DNA of 64,000 bases from Verrucomicrobiota bacterium (GCA_049523555.1 JBEKMU010000001.1:226-64225); one strand, 5' to 3'; positions 39,245-49,776 are shown, numbered from the stretch's first letter. Numbers and translations are program-made. The notes: generated by a model not told the origin, from the sequence alone.

Positions 39245-40801
39245 ATGAAAATATTCCTCATTTACGTCAATGATGAGAATTTCTACCGGTTGCTGCCGGA
39301 AGATTTGGGCGGCTCAAAGCCGGGCGACCCGCGCGTCAAGGTGATGGGATTCCCTCCACTGGGCATCGAGACGCTCGCGCCCGTCCTGCGCCAGCACGGC
39401 CATCAGGTCCGGATGTTCGACACTTGCCACCCGGAGATGAAGGAGCCGGACATCGCGCAAGCCTTGCGCGATGACCCGCCGGACGTCGTGGCCCTCTCGT
39501 TTCTGTCCACGACGACTTATCCCGGAGTGAAGAGCATGGCGCGGGTGGTCAAGTCCGAGATGCCGAAAGTTCCGATCATCTGCGGTGGCGTTTTTGCCAC
39601 GATGAACCAGGAGCGGATTCTGAAGGATTGTCCTTATATTGACGCCGTGGGCGTGGGTGAAGGCGAGGAGCTGTTGCCGGATTATCTGGATCATCTCGAC
39701 CGGCCGGCGAAAGTCGCCGGTCTCATCTGGCGCAACGGCGGGGAAATCGTCAAGAACATCGCCCGCCCGATCATCAAGGATTTGAACCGGTTCCCATATC
39801 CCGACCGAACGACGCTGCCGATTGATTACATTGAATCGTTGCCGCTCGACGTGCCGGCGGTTCTTTCGCTGGAAAAATTCTGCACGATGCAGACTTCGCG
39901 GGGTTGCCCTTACACCTGCATTTATTGCGACATTCCCGCGCTGACCAACGGCAAGTGGCGTTTCCGTTCTCCAGAGCATGTTTTGGGCGAAATGCAGCAG
40001 CTCCATGACCAGGGTTACCGCTCGATTTATCTGACCGACGATCATTTCCTGCTGAAACGGGACCGCATCAATGAGATTTGCCAGAACATCATTGACCACA
40101 AACTGGCGTTCAAGTGGGGTTGTGAAGGCCGGGTGGATTCGGTGGCGGTGGATCAACTTCCCATCATGGGCGAGGCGAACTGCAATTTTTTGGCGTTTGG
40201 CGTCGAATCCGGAACGCAAAAGATTCTGGACCGGCTCGACAAGCGACAGACGCTCGAGCAAATCGAACACGCGATCAGCGAAGCCAAGCGCTGCGGCATC
40301 GAACGGGCGCATGGATTTTTCCTGGTCGGCTCGCCCGGGGAAACCGAGGAGGACATCCTGGAAAGCTTCCGTTTCTGCGCCCGGCTCAAGCTGGACACGT
40401 TCGGCTTCAACCGGCTGTGCGTTTATCGCGGCACGCCGCTGTGGCACGAGTATCTCGAACGCGGCATCCTCGACGACGAGCGCGACTGGGCCAAGTGGTT
40501 CAAGTGCTCGGACATTGACCCGACGGTTCTGCCCAGCGAGGTGGTCAACCGCGCGCGGCAGAAAGGCTACGCGTTGCTTTTTGCCCGGCGGATTTTCTTC
40601 CGCCCCATCCAGACCTTTAAGCTGCTCCGCACCCTGGGCCGGCACATGAAGTTCACCGACATTCTCCGGCTGTTGAGCAGTCCGTTCCGAAGACGAAAGC
40701 TGAATCGAAAACCGGAACTGCCCGCCCGGATGATCGAACTGGGATTGACGGCGCCCATCCGCACCGCCACACCAGTGGACGCCCCGGCGGCCCCCGCGTG
40801 A
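39245..40801 (+). CDS. B12-binding-domain radical SAM protein
   Basis: N-terminal cobalamin-binding-like Rossmann region (VVALSFLSTTTY...PIICGGVFAT). Radical SAM cluster motif SRGCPYTCIYCD (CxxxCxxC). Confidence 0.8.
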   Translation: MKIFLIYVNDENFYRLLPEDLGGSKPGDPRVKVMGFPPLGIETLAPVLRQHGHQVRMFDTCHPEMKEPDIAQALRDDPPDVVALSFLSTTTYPGVKSMARVVKSEMPKVPIICGGVFATMNQERILKDCPYIDAVGVGEGEELLPDYLDHLDRPAKVAGLIWRNGGEIVKNIARPIIKDLNRFPYPDRTTLPIDYIESLPLDVPAVLSLEKFCTMQTSRGCPYTCIYCDIPALTNGKWRFRSPEHVLGEMQQLHDQGYRSIYLTDDHFLLKRDRINEICQNIIDHKLAFKWGCEGRVDSVAVDQLPIMGEANCNFLAFGVESGTQKILDRLDKRQTLEQIEHAISEAKRCGIERAHGFFLVGSPGETEEDILESFRFCARLKLDTFGFNRLCVYRGTPLWHEYLERGILDDERDWAKWFKCSDIDPTVLPSEVVNRARQKGYALLFARRIFFRPIQTFKLLRTLGRHMKFTDILRLLSSPFRRRKLNRKPELPARMIELGLTAPIRTATPVDAPAAPA

Positions 40802-40804
40802 CAC

Positions 40805-40894
40805 GACCCCTGCAGTTCGTGGGTAATGTTGAGCGAAACCGAAGACGGAAGCGTTTGCGGATATTTGGCAAACGCTTAGAAAGCAACGGGCGTA
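40805..40894 (+). pseudogene. Short remnant of the thrS 3' end (fifth copy, with an internal deletion)
   Basis: cctgcagttcgtgggtaatgttgagcg aligns to thrS cctgcaagccgggaacgtgagcg. This is followed by AKPKTEAFADIWQTLRKQRA*, versus AKPKAEVIARILTAIQERQT*. Begins 4 nt after the rSAM stop. Confidence 0.65.
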
Positions 40895-40903
40895 AACGGT
40901 GCT

Positions 40904-43900
40904 TTATTCCCCGCTGCCGTTGTATCCGTTTTTGCGTTCCCAGCGGCGCGGTTGCCGTTCGGGCGGCGAGGTGTCCACTTTCGCGTAGTAAGTTTCCTCG
41001 CCAAACGATTTGTTGGCTGCCTGCTCCAACTCGATGGACGGTGTGACGCTGAATCGTTCGTTTGTGTCCATGAAAATGACCCCGCCGCCGGGACGCAGAA
41101 AGCTCAGCAGCAACGGGCATTTGCCGGGGTGCGCTGCGACCAGTTCGCGCACGGATTCGAGTTGTTCGGGCTTCAAATGCGCGGTGTGCAGGCGCAAATG
41201 CACCTGTTTGGTAAAACGTTTCGGCGCGTCCTCCAGCGGCAAAATTTCCTGTGGAAAAATTTTCGGCTTTTCGTCGCCGGTGTTTACTTCGCCGATGACA
41301 AGGATGGCGCGGTTCGGCTTGAGCAACTCGCGGTATTTCTCGTAATTCTCGTTCATGCAGAGTACCTGCACGGAGCCTTCCAAATCTTCGAGCATGACCA
41401 TCGAATATGGCTTGCCGCTCTTTTTCGACACGCCGTTTTGCACCGCGGCAATCAATCCGCCGATGCGCGTGAGGCTGCGATTTGGCAATTCCGCGAGCTT
41501 GGCAGTGTTGGTCAGTGCATATTTTTCGAGAATCGGCGCGAACGGCGTCAGCGGATGGCCGGTGACGTAAAAACCAAGCAATTCCTTTTCATGCGCGAGC
41601 AGTTCGTGCTGCGGCCATTCGGGCAGGTTGCTGATGGATTCCGGCATTGGCGGGGCCTTTTCCTCCAACACACCGAACAGCGAACTTTGTCCCTTCTGCC
41701 TGTCGGAAAGGATGCTTGCCGCGCGGGCCAGTGTGCGTTCGATCTGCGCGAACAACGTGGCGCGCGTCTGTCCGAAACCATCGCACGCGCCGGATTTGAT
41801 GAGCGCTTCGAGAATTTTCCGGTTCACCGTGCGGCCGTCCACGCGCTCGCATAAATCCGAGAGCGAAGAAAACTTTCCATGTTCTTTTCGCGCCTTTAGG
41901 ATGGTTTCCACCGCGACTTCGCCGACGCCTTTGATGGCGGCCAGGCCGAAACGGATGCCGCCTGTAGGACAGGCATCCTGCCGGTTTCTAATTTCTTTGT
42001 TTTCAGATGGAGACAGGCTGGAAGCCTGTCCTACGTTCTTGCGTTCCGCCGGCGCAAAATAAACCTGGCTTTCGTTCACATCCGGCGCCAGGACTTCGAT
42101 GCCGAACTCGCGCGCCTCGTTGATGTATTGACTCAACTTGACGGTGTCCGCCATGTCGTTGGTCATCATCGCGCAGAAAAATTCGACCGGATAGTTCGCC
42201 TTCAGATAGGCGGTTTGATACGCGACGATGGCGTAGGCGGCGGCGTGCGATTTGTTGAAGCCGTAACCCGCAAATTTTTCCAGCAAATCGAAAATCTCGT
42301 TCGCCTTTTTTTCGGGAATCTGGTTTTTCTCCTTGCAACCCTTGACGAAAACAGCACGTTGCTTGGCCATTTCCTCCCGCTTTTTCTTGCCCATGGCGCG
42401 CCGGAGCAAATCCGCGCCGCCGAGCGTGTAACCCGCCAGCACCTGCGCGGCCTGCATCACCTGCTCCTGGTAAATCAGAATACCGTAAGTCTCGCGGGCA
42501 ATCGGTTCGAGCAGCGGATGCTCATATTCAATTTTTACCTCGCCGTGGCGGCGGCGGATGAATTCAGGAATCAGCTCCATCGGACCGGGCCGGTAAAGCG
42601 CCACCAGCGCGGTAATGTGTTCGATGGAACTGATTTGGAATTTCCGGCACAAATCGCGCATCCCGCCGGATTCCAACTGGAACACGCCGAGCGTTTCCGC
42701 GCGATTAAGCAGGTCGTAGGTTTTTTGATCGTCGAGCGGCAAATGATCAATCGGCACTTCGATGTCGTGCGTGCGTCTGACCATTTCGCACGTGTTGCGG
42801 ATGACCGTGAGCGTTTTCAGGCCGAGAAAATCCATTTTCAACAGGCCGAGGTCGCCGACGGGGTTCATGGCGTATTGCGTGACGAGCGTGCCGCTTTCGT
42901 CCTGCTTGAGCGGGAGCAGATTCACGAGCGGCTGGTCGCCGATGACGACGCCCGCGGCATGCACGCTCGCGTTGCGCGCGAGGTCTTCGAGTACGAGCGC
43001 CGTGTCAATGAGTTCATGCGTGACGTCCTCGCTCCCGTAGGCTTCCTTGAGTTCCGGCGATTGTTTGAGCGCCTTTTCCAGCGTCATCTTCAAATCGAAC
43101 GGAATCATCTTGGCCAGCCGGTCGCATTCGCCGTAGCTCAAGCCCATCACGCGGCCCACGTCTCGCACCACGCTTTTCGCGCCCATCGTGCCGAAGGTAA
43201 TGATTTGGGCGACGGAATCGCGCCCGTATTTCTCGCGGACATATTCGATGACGTCCGCGCGGCGGTCGTCGGCAAAATCAATGTCAATGTCCGGCGGGCT
43301 GACGCGTTCGGGATTGAGGAACCGTTCGAACAGCAGGCCGTAGCGAATCGGGTCCACGTTTGAAATCTCCAGCAGGTAAGTGACAATCGAACCGGCCGCC
43401 GAACCACGCGCCACACAGGCGATCCCACGCTCGTGCCCGTAACGGATGAAATCGCCGACGATGAGGAAATAGGAAATGAACCCGGTCTTTTCGATGACCG
43501 TGAGTTCCAGTTTCAAACGATCAATGACCGTCTTGATGGCAGTAGCAACGGCAGGATCGTTCAATGTAGGACCGGCATCTTGCCTGTCTCCGTTTTTTTC
43601 TTTTGAAGTTTGAGACAGGCTGGAAGCCTGTCCGACGTTGTAAGTGGGCAAGCGCTTCGGGTCGTCAATGCCTTCGACGATGAATTCCTTCCCCTCGGCC
43701 TTGGCGTGAATCGTGTAGCGGCGGAACAACCCTTCAGCCAGCCATTGCCGCAGGTAACCTTCGCGCGTGAAATGTTCCGGCGGATGGAACACCGGATAAT
43801 GCAATTTGCCGAACTCGATTTCCAAATTGCATTTGTCGGCGATTTCCAGCGTGTTCTTCACCGCTTCGGGTGTCTCGGCGAAGCGCGCCTTCATTTCCTC

Positions 43901-44656
43901 CGCCGGGCGCAGGTAAAACTGCTCCGGTTCGTAACGCAGCCGTTTCGTGTCGGCGAGCTGCGTCTGCGTGCCGATGCAAATCAGGCAATCGTGCGCGTGC
44001 GAATGGCTTTTCTCGATGTAATGAACGTCGTTCGTCGCCACGAGCTTGAGGCCAAATTCCTTCGCCCACTGGATTAAATGGCGGTTCACCTTGGCCTGTT
44101 CCGCGATGCCGTGGTTTTGCAGTTCGAGGTAAAAATTGTCCGCGCCAAGCGTTTGCCTGAACCAGTCCACCGTGTCGCGCGCCTTTTGAATTTGGTCCTT
44201 CAAAATCCATTCCGGAATCTCGCTGGCAAGGCAGCCGGACATTGCAATCAAACCCTCCTTGTGTGCGGCGAGAAGCTCCTTGTCTATGCGCGGCTTGTAA
44301 TAATAGCCGGTGAGATGCGCCTCGGTGGTGAGCTGGATGAGATTTTTGTAGCCGGTCGCGTCCCGGGCCAGCAGGCCGAGATGGTGATAAACATCACGTC
44401 CGCCGCTGCTGGTTTTCTTCTCCAGCCGGCTGCCCGGCGCGACATAAACCTCGCAGCCGATGATGGGTTTGATGCCTTTTTCGCGCGCGGCCTGGTAAAA
44501 ATCAATCGCGCCGTAGAGCACGCCGTGGTCGGTGATGGCGAGCGCGGGGAATTTCAATTCATGGGCCTTGTCCACCAGCCGGTCCAGCCGGCAGGCGCCA
44601 TCGAGCAACGAATACTCGGTGTGCAAATGAAGATGAACAAAGTCCGCGTGCGACAT
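40904..44656 (-). CDS. dnaE: DNA polymerase III alpha subunit
   Basis: PHP domain start [21 protein letters not shown], palm/fingers motifs ([31 protein letters not shown]), HhH region [12 protein letters not shown] and a C-terminal OB domain. 1250 aa including two in-frame 25-aa inserts. Confidence 0.95.
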   Translation of the reverse strand: MSHADFVHLHLHTEYSLLDGACRLDRLVDKAHELKFPALAITDHGVLYGAIDFYQAAREKGIKPIIGCEVYVAPGSRLEKKTSSGGRDVYHHLGLLARDATGYKNLIQLTTEAHLTGYYYKPRIDKELLAAHKEGLIAMSGCLASEIPEWILKDQIQKARDTVDWFRQTLGADNFYLELQNHGIAEQAKVNRHLIQWAKEFGLKLVATNDVHYIEKSHSHAHDCLICIGTQTQLADTKRLRYEPEQFYLRPAEEMKARFAETPEAVKNTLEIADKCNLEIEFGKLHYPVFHPPEHFTREGYLRQWLAEGLFRRYTIHAKAEGKEFIVEGIDDPKRLPTYNVGQASSLSQTSKEKNGDRQDAGPTLNDPAVATAIKTVIDRLKLELTVIEKTGFISYFLIVGDFIRYGHERGIACVARGSAAGSIVTYLLEISNVDPIRYGLLFERFLNPERVSPPDIDIDFADDRRADVIEYVREKYGRDSVAQIITFGTMGAKSVVRDVGRVMGLSYGECDRLAKMIPFDLKMTLEKALKQSPELKEAYGSEDVTHELIDTALVLEDLARNASVHAAGVVIGDQPLVNLLPLKQDESGTLVTQYAMNPVGDLGLLKMDFLGLKTLTVIRNTCEMVRRTHDIEVPIDHLPLDDQKTYDLLNRAETLGVFQLESGGMRDLCRKFQISSIEHITALVALYRPGPMELIPEFIRRRHGEVKIEYEHPLLEPIARETYGILIYQEQVMQAAQVLAGYTLGGADLLRRAMGKKKREEMAKQRAVFVKGCKEKNQIPEKKANEIFDLLEKFAGYGFNKSHAAAYAIVAYQTAYLKANYPVEFFCAMMTNDMADTVKLSQYINEAREFGIEVLAPDVNESQVYFAPAERKNVGQASSLSPSENKEIRNRQDACPTGGIRFGLAAIKGVGEVAVETILKARKEHGKFSSLSDLCERVDGRTVNRKILEALIKSGACDGFGQTRATLFAQIERTLARAASILSDRQKGQSSLFGVLEEKAPPMPESISNLPEWPQHELLAHEKELLGFYVTGHPLTPFAPILEKYALTNTAKLAELPNRSLTRIGGLIAAVQNGVSKKSGKPYSMVMLEDLEGSVQVLCMNENYEKYRELLKPNRAILVIGEVNTGDEKPKIFPQEILPLEDAPKRFTKQVHLRLHTAHLKPEQLESVRELVAAHPGKCPLLLSFLRPGGGVIFMDTNERFSVTPSIELEQAANKSFGEETYYAKVDTSPPERQPRRWERKNGYNGSGE
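41963..42037 (-). repeat. 75-nt palindromic element inserted in frame in dnaE (copy A)
   Basis: Outer arms gtaggacaggc...gcctgtcctac, inner palindrome gacaggctggaagcctgtc. Encodes [25 protein letters not shown] immediately before [13 protein letters not shown]. Confidence 0.8.
43565..43639 (-). repeat. 75-nt palindromic element inserted in frame in dnaE (copy B)
   Basis: The termini are the same as in copy A (tgtaggaccggcatc...gagacaggctggaagcctgtccgacgtt), with a variable centre. Encodes [24 protein letters not shown]. Confidence 0.8.
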
Positions 44657-44702
44657 GAGGACAGTTTAACTTCCAATCACGAAGACACCAAGACGCAAAG
44701 CT
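44624..44702. repeat. dnaE start/leader segment, proximal copy of a direct repeat of about 78 nt
   Basis: tgaagatgaacaaagtccgcgtgcgacatgaggacagtttaacttccaatcacgaagacaccaagacgcaaagct is repeated at 47293-47370. Confidence 0.8.
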
Positions 44703-44918
44703 TTGAAAAATTAAACAGCTCGGATTTGCCGGCATTGGGGATGGCCGACGGTGCGATACGTCTTGACCGGCTGACCGTTGGCGACCTTTTGCCACGGCGG
44801 AAATTAAAATAAGATTCTATTAAAATTAAAATAAGGTTGACACTGCGCGACACAGCCGTCACGCTCAAAAACGTCGCAATTGGTAAAAAACAAAAAGCCG
44901 TTCTACCGAACTCGTAAA

Positions 44919-47225
44919 ATGTTGAACAGGAAATTTGCTATAAGGACGTTCATGGTATTTGGATTGTTGGCCGGTGTGACTGGTGTCGCTCAAAACGGCG
45001 ACACATCGTTGCATCCCCCTTTACAAAACAAACAGGCCGTGGTGCCGCCGACAATCATACCCCTCAATCTTCCGACCTTAAAAATTGCACCTGTTCACGA
45101 TTTGGACTCGTTGCAAGCTGCTCAACGTCAGACACACAACCAAGTCTTGGCGGCGCTCCAAGACCTCATCAGCCGTAACGGACCAAAAATTCCACAGGTT
45201 GCCTCTCCCCAACCCGTGTATGGACTCCGCCCCGGGCTTGGACTATTCGATCAGACAAATTTAGCTGGCAACGCAATAATTACACAGTTGGCGCCTATTG
45301 CCTCAATCTTCGCTAATGGCGACCAACTCGGCAATCGCCATGGCGGTAACAATGTTGATGACTGGAAGATCTTCAACGCAGGCTTTTTCTCCGATCCCCC
45401 GGCTTTTTGGCAAAATGATTCTGGCGCGCCATTAACTGGAATATTTAATTCCACTTTAGCGATGACCTCACCGGACCCCGTTGCAACGACAACGCCAAAC
45501 GGTTCAGGATTGGTTGGAGTTACCGTGCAGGGTGCCTTGGTTGTCGGTGGGAATGTCGTCAGTTTGGTGATTCCCTGTTACTATCTGCCAGGCTGGGGCG
45601 CGTTCATCTTCAACCATGCTCACTTCGAAGTTCAAGTCGAGCAGCTAAACTCTTCAGGCCAGTGGTCTCAAATGACGCGGGCCGCTTTGGATATGTACGC
45701 CAATGGTGCGACTGCGACCGGCTACACGCCGCCGACGGGCGTACCGGATACGGTAATTAACGTTGCTGGAAACACCCCGTACTCAATGCCATGGATTGTG
45801 CCCATTGCGCTCCCGGATGTGGCAAATACCTTGAGGGTGGACCTTTATGCTGAACTCTACGATACGGACGAAAGTGTTACTTCCCCGGGTTGGTCATTTC
45901 CGAACGGGTCGGTCTACGCATCTCAAGTCGGTCAGCAACCGCTTGATCACCAGAATGTTGGAACAATCATCAGTGATGCGACAGCAGGGCATAATTGGGA
46001 TACATCTCCCGCGTTCCAAGTGATAATCGCACCCACCTATTTTGGACAAATGCATGCCCTCCCGTACACCATCATTTACACACCACCAGGAAACAACAGC
46101 GATGTGCAATTTAAAACCACCTCGACCTATGGTACTATGATGGGTTTCCAAGTTCAAAACCAGACACAGGTGCAGGTCGCCAATGTTGTTGGGCAGTCAT
46201 TTAAGATTGGTGCAAACTACTCATTTAATCTGGCAGGCGTCGATTTGGGGCCCAACAGTCAGGCTGGGATCAATGCAGCTGCCACGTTCGGGAACCAAAT
46301 TACCACGACATCCACGGTGCAAACCCAGACGAATAACACAGAAACTCTTACAATAAACTCAAGCTTGGCAACGACCTTTGAAGAAAACGTCGCCAAAGGT
46401 AATCCGCCGCCACCAGCCGGCGATCAGGTGCAACGGTGGGAAGAACCCTTCTGGGGAGACATGATCGACGTAATTATTAACCCGGTGTTCGCGATATGGA
46501 GTTATCCCTCTCTTGGTGAAGGAGAGCCGGCCTTTTCGGCGGCACAGGTCATTGCGTACGGTCAAGGATCCCAAAGCGACTTGCTCCTCCCGGTAAACTC
46601 GCTGTACTACGCAGTACTAGTCGGAACCAATTACACTGTTCCTTCGACAACCAATACTTTCACGCCACAGGAATGCGCTGCTCTGCTCAACTTGGATCCA
46701 TTTTATTCCGGCGGAGCTTGGCAGGGAGCGTCGCTTGATCCAGCACGCTTTGTGCTCATTAGTGCTCCAGGGAATTCCCTGCCGAACGTTTCCAGGAAAT
46801 ATGACTCGACGGAAACAACGAGTTATCAGTCCCAACTCCAAGTCACGGGACAATATGGCAATACAACTGCAAATCAATCAGGCCAAAATTCTGCCACCTT
46901 TGGCGGCAATATTGGTCCAATCAGCGGTAGCGCGACGTTGAACCAACAACAAACTGCGACAACCAACATTCAAGTACAATATCAGTCGCAAGTTCAAACT
47001 AACATTGGGAATAGTGTGGAGTCGGTGGTGACGATTCAGGATTCGGCTTCATTAGGATCGATGAAAGTTTACCAGGATCTGGTTTTCGGAGGTCTTGCAG
47101 TTCAGGATCCTAACGAGCCAAACACTGGGCCATTGATTCAGATAGTGGTAGAGCCGTTTCAAGGCCCCTTAGTCCACAGACCTTACGTCAATCAGTATCT
47201 ACAGCATTCGCCTGTGACTCACTGA
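44919..47225 (+). CDS. Hypothetical secreted protein (about 768 aa), rich in Thr/Gln/Asn/Ser/Gly
   Basis: ATG at 44919 gives a signal-like N-terminus MLNRKFAIRTFMVFGLLAGVTGVAQ. No recognised domain. AT-richer than the flanks. Lies between the two copies of the dnaE 5' segment. Confidence 0.55.
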   Translation: MLNRKFAIRTFMVFGLLAGVTGVAQNGDTSLHPPLQNKQAVVPPTIIPLNLPTLKIAPVHDLDSLQAAQRQTHNQVLAALQDLISRNGPKIPQVASPQPVYGLRPGLGLFDQTNLAGNAIITQLAPIASIFANGDQLGNRHGGNNVDDWKIFNAGFFSDPPAFWQNDSGAPLTGIFNSTLAMTSPDPVATTTPNGSGLVGVTVQGALVVGGNVVSLVIPCYYLPGWGAFIFNHAHFEVQVEQLNSSGQWSQMTRAALDMYANGATATGYTPPTGVPDTVINVAGNTPYSMPWIVPIALPDVANTLRVDLYAELYDTDESVTSPGWSFPNGSVYASQVGQQPLDHQNVGTIISDATAGHNWDTSPAFQVIIAPTYFGQMHALPYTIIYTPPGNNSDVQFKTTSTYGTMMGFQVQNQTQVQVANVVGQSFKIGANYSFNLAGVDLGPNSQAGINAAATFGNQITTTSTVQTQTNNTETLTINSSLATTFEENVAKGNPPPPAGDQVQRWEEPFWGDMIDVIINPVFAIWSYPSLGEGEPAFSAAQVIAYGQGSQSDLLLPVNSLYYAVLVGTNYTVPSTTNTFTPQECAALLNLDPFYSGGAWQGASLDPARFVLISAPGNSLPNVSRKYDSTETTSYQSQLQVTGQYGNTTANQSGQNSATFGGNIGPISGSATLNQQQTATTNIQVQYQSQVQTNIGNSVESVVTIQDSASLGSMKVYQDLVFGGLAVQDPNEPNTGPLIQIVVEPFQGPLVHRPYVNQYLQHSPVTH

Positions 47226-47292
47226 TTTGACGAAAAATATGGCACGGCCTGGACCTGATTTATCGTCTACCATGCACGTTGCTTGTCTTACT

Positions 47293-47370
47293 GTTGAAGA
47301 TGGACAAAGCCCGCGTGCGACATGAACGCAGTTTAGCTTCCAATTACGAAGACACCAAGACACAAAGCTC
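47293..47370. repeat. Distal copy of the dnaE start/leader segment (orphan dnaE 5' fragment)
   Basis: On the minus strand it reads ATG TCG CAC GCG GGC TTT GTC CAT CTT CAA CAG TAA (MSHAGFVHLQQ*), versus dna[13 protein letters not shown]. The upstream leader is also conserved: I counted 7 mismatches over the 64-nt stretch 47307-47370 aligned to 44638-44702. Confidence 0.8.
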
Positions 47371-47426
47371 CAGACAAAACCGTTTTCGCTCCGCGCAAAA
47401 TTATTTTGCTGGCATGGAAATCGTTT

Positions 47427-48431
47427 TTATTCCTGGTCCGTGACGGAATCGTGGAATTTGAGGATGTCGCCCTTCTCACCTTTCAGTTCGGCTTCTTTGA
47501 ACTTGATGGCGGTGCGCGGGTGCTGGTTCAACATGCCGGTTAGCAAATACGGCAGGTCATAACCCCACAACAGTTTGGCGCGCAGCGGTTCAATGTGGTT
47601 CTGCACGCAGTCAAGCACAGGGCGTAAATTGTATTTCGGGTTGTGCAGGAAGGCGAGGAGCAGTTCCATCGGACAATTGCCCGCACCGCGGCCCAGACCG
47701 GCCATGGTGGCGTCGAGAAAATTGGCGCCTTCGATGATGCCTTCGATGGTGTTGGCGTAGGCGAGTTGCATGTTGTTGTGCATGTGCACGCCCACTTCCT
47801 TGCCCGATGCCTTGCAGTGAGCCATGTATTTCTTCACCAGATAATGAATCCGCTCGCTGTAAAGCGCGCCGAAACTGTCCACCACGTAAATGACCTTCGC
47901 CTCGGACGCGGCGAGCATTTCCAGACCCTCGTCCAGCTCGCTTTCCGGCACGGTGGAAACGGCCATGAGGTTGACGGTCGTCTCGTAGCCCTTGTCGTGC
48001 GCGTCCTTGACCATGTCGAGCGCGGTCGGAATCTGATTGATGTAAGTTGCCACACGGATCATGTCCAGGACGCTGTCCTTCTTCGGCAAAATATCTTCGT
48101 GGTAATCGCAACGCTCGGCGTCGGCCATGACGGAAAGTTTCAGGCCGGTTTGGTTGTCACCCACGATGCGGCGCAGGTCGTCTTCGAGACAGTATTTCCA
48201 GCAGCCGTATTCGCCGGCCTTGATGTTTTTGCGCGACGCCCTGTAGCCGAGCTCCATGTAATCAATGCCCGCGGCGACACACGTGTCATACACCGCTTTC
48301 ACGGTTTTGTCGTCAAAGTGATGACTGTTCATCAATCCGCCGTCGCGGACGGTGCAGTCGAGGACTTTGATTTCCGGCCGGAACGAGAGCCAGCGGCTGG
48401 TGGCGGTGTCTTTGGTTTTTGTTGCTTTCAT
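47427..48431 (-). CDS. HMGL-like/DRE-TIM aldolase family protein (pyruvate carboxyltransferase domain)
   Basis: VLDCTVRDGGLMNSHHF, a YMELGYRAS-type TIM-barrel start, and HMHNNMQLAYANT (metal-binding HxH). The specific substrate cannot be assigned. Confidence 0.65.
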   Translation of the reverse strand: MKATKTKDTATSRWLSFRPEIKVLDCTVRDGGLMNSHHFDDKTVKAVYDTCVAAGIDYMELGYRASRKNIKAGEYGCWKYCLEDDLRRIVGDNQTGLKLSVMADAERCDYHEDILPKKDSVLDMIRVATYINQIPTALDMVKDAHDKGYETTVNLMAVSTVPESELDEGLEMLAASEAKVIYVVDSFGALYSERIHYLVKKYMAHCKASGKEVGVHMHNNMQLAYANTIEGIIEGANFLDATMAGLGRGAGNCPMELLLAFLHNPKYNLRPVLDCVQNHIEPLRAKLLWGYDLPYLLTGMLNQHPRTAIKFKEAELKGEKGDILKFHDSVTDQE

Positions 48432-48564
48432 ATTTTTCTGATCGGTCCGGGACGAGCCGAGACATGGGTATTATTTGCAGAATATTCAGGAAAGGGACAG
48501 AAAAAAACTCGCCGGCGCCTGCGACGCTTTTGCCATGAATTGGAACAAAAACGGGTGCGTTTGC

Positions 48565-49674
48565 TTACTTGCGGAAAAAATCCTTGATCACATCCGCCAC
48601 GCGCTGGAGTTGTTTGTCGGTCAATTCCGGATAAATCGGCAGGCTCAGGCACTCGCGCGCGGCCTTTTCGGCGACGGGAAAATCGCCGGGTTTGTGGCCG
48701 AGATTCGCGTAGCACTTTTGCAAATGCAACGGCAGCGGATAATGCAGCGCACAGCCAATGCCGTTGGTTTCGAGATGTTTTTTCAGCTCGTCGCGACGCG
48801 GATGGCGCACGACATAAAGATGCCATCCGCTCTGCGCGTAATCCGCTTCGCGCGGCAGGTGCAACGGCGTGTCAGCCAGAAGTTCATGGTAGCGATGTGC
48901 GACGCGGCGGCGTTCCGCCGTCCATTTCGTCAAATGTTTCAGCTTCACGCCCAGCGTTGCCCCCTGAATGCCCTCCATGCGGTAATTGTAGCCCACTTCG
49001 TCGTGGTAATAGCGCACGGTTGAGCCGTGCTCGCGCAAGCCGCGGGCGCGCCGGTCGAAAGCGGTGTTGCTGGTCACGAGCGCGCCGCCTTCCCCGCAGG
49101 CGCCGAGATTTTTACCGGGATAAAAACTGAAGCAGGATATCACGCCGGACGTGCCGACGAATTTGCCTTTGTACTTCGCGCCGTGCGCCTGCGCCGCGTC
49201 TTCAACCAGCGGCAGATTGTGTTTGCGGCAGATGGCCAGTATCGGGTCAACGTCGAACGGATGGCCGTAAAGATGCACGGGCAGAACGGCCTTGGTGCAC
49301 GGCGTGAGGGCGCGTTTGATGAGCTTCGGGTCGAGATTGAACGTGGCGTCATCAATGTCCACATAAACCGGCTTCGCGCCGACATAGGAAATCGCCCAAC
49401 TCGTCGCCACGAACGTGAACGGGGTGGTGATGACTTCGTCGCCGGGGCCGACGCCGAGCAACCGCATGGCGACATGCAGCGCCGAGGTGCCGCTGTTGAA
49501 GCCGACACAGTGTTCCGCGCCGACAAATCGGGCGAAGTCTTTTTCAAATTGCGCCACGTCGGGCCCAAGGCAGAACGAGCAATGGTCAATGGTGCGCGCG
49601 ATGGCGGCGTCAAGGTCCTTGCGGATGCCGCGCAATTGCGCCGGCAGGTCGAGATAGGGAATTTGGTCGGCCAT
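48565..49674 (-). CDS. DegT/DnrJ/EryC1/StrS-family PLP-dependent sugar aminotransferase
   Basis: ATG at 49674 (MADQIPYLDLPAQ...). Also FEKDFARFVGAEHCVGFNSGTSALH and SFYPGKNLGACGEGGA (the lysine-bearing motif). Confidence 0.85.
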   Translation of the reverse strand: MADQIPYLDLPAQLRGIRKDLDAAIARTIDHCSFCLGPDVAQFEKDFARFVGAEHCVGFNSGTSALHVAMRLLGVGPGDEVITTPFTFVATSWAISYVGAKPVYVDIDDATFNLDPKLIKRALTPCTKAVLPVHLYGHPFDVDPILAICRKHNLPLVEDAAQAHGAKYKGKFVGTSGVISCFSFYPGKNLGACGEGGALVTSNTAFDRRARGLREHGSTVRYYHDEVGYNYRMEGIQGATLGVKLKHLTKWTAERRRVAHRYHELLADTPLHLPREADYAQSGWHLYVVRHPRRDELKKHLETNGIGCALHYPLPLHLQKCYANLGHKPGDFPVAEKAARECLSLPIYPELTDKQLQRVADVIKDFFRK

Positions 49675-49776
49675 GTTGTCGGAAAAAATAGGCGGGCTGT
49701 CTGGTTTTGAACAGCCACAAATGCGAATTGACTGTCGCAGCAATCTTGACGCCCAAATCAATCCCCTGCTTTTCGC

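Noticed and set aside
39314-40804. 496-aa minus-strand ORF opposite the radical SAM gene. Similar long antisense ORFs occur at 51212-52744, 42128-43363, 27963-29018, 35652-36536 and 22794-23822
   Set aside because: In each case the opposite strand encodes a protein with strong family motifs (rSAM, MsbA-like, DnaE, ThrRS, UDPGP fusion, KorA). The antisense translations are Arg-rich and motif-free.
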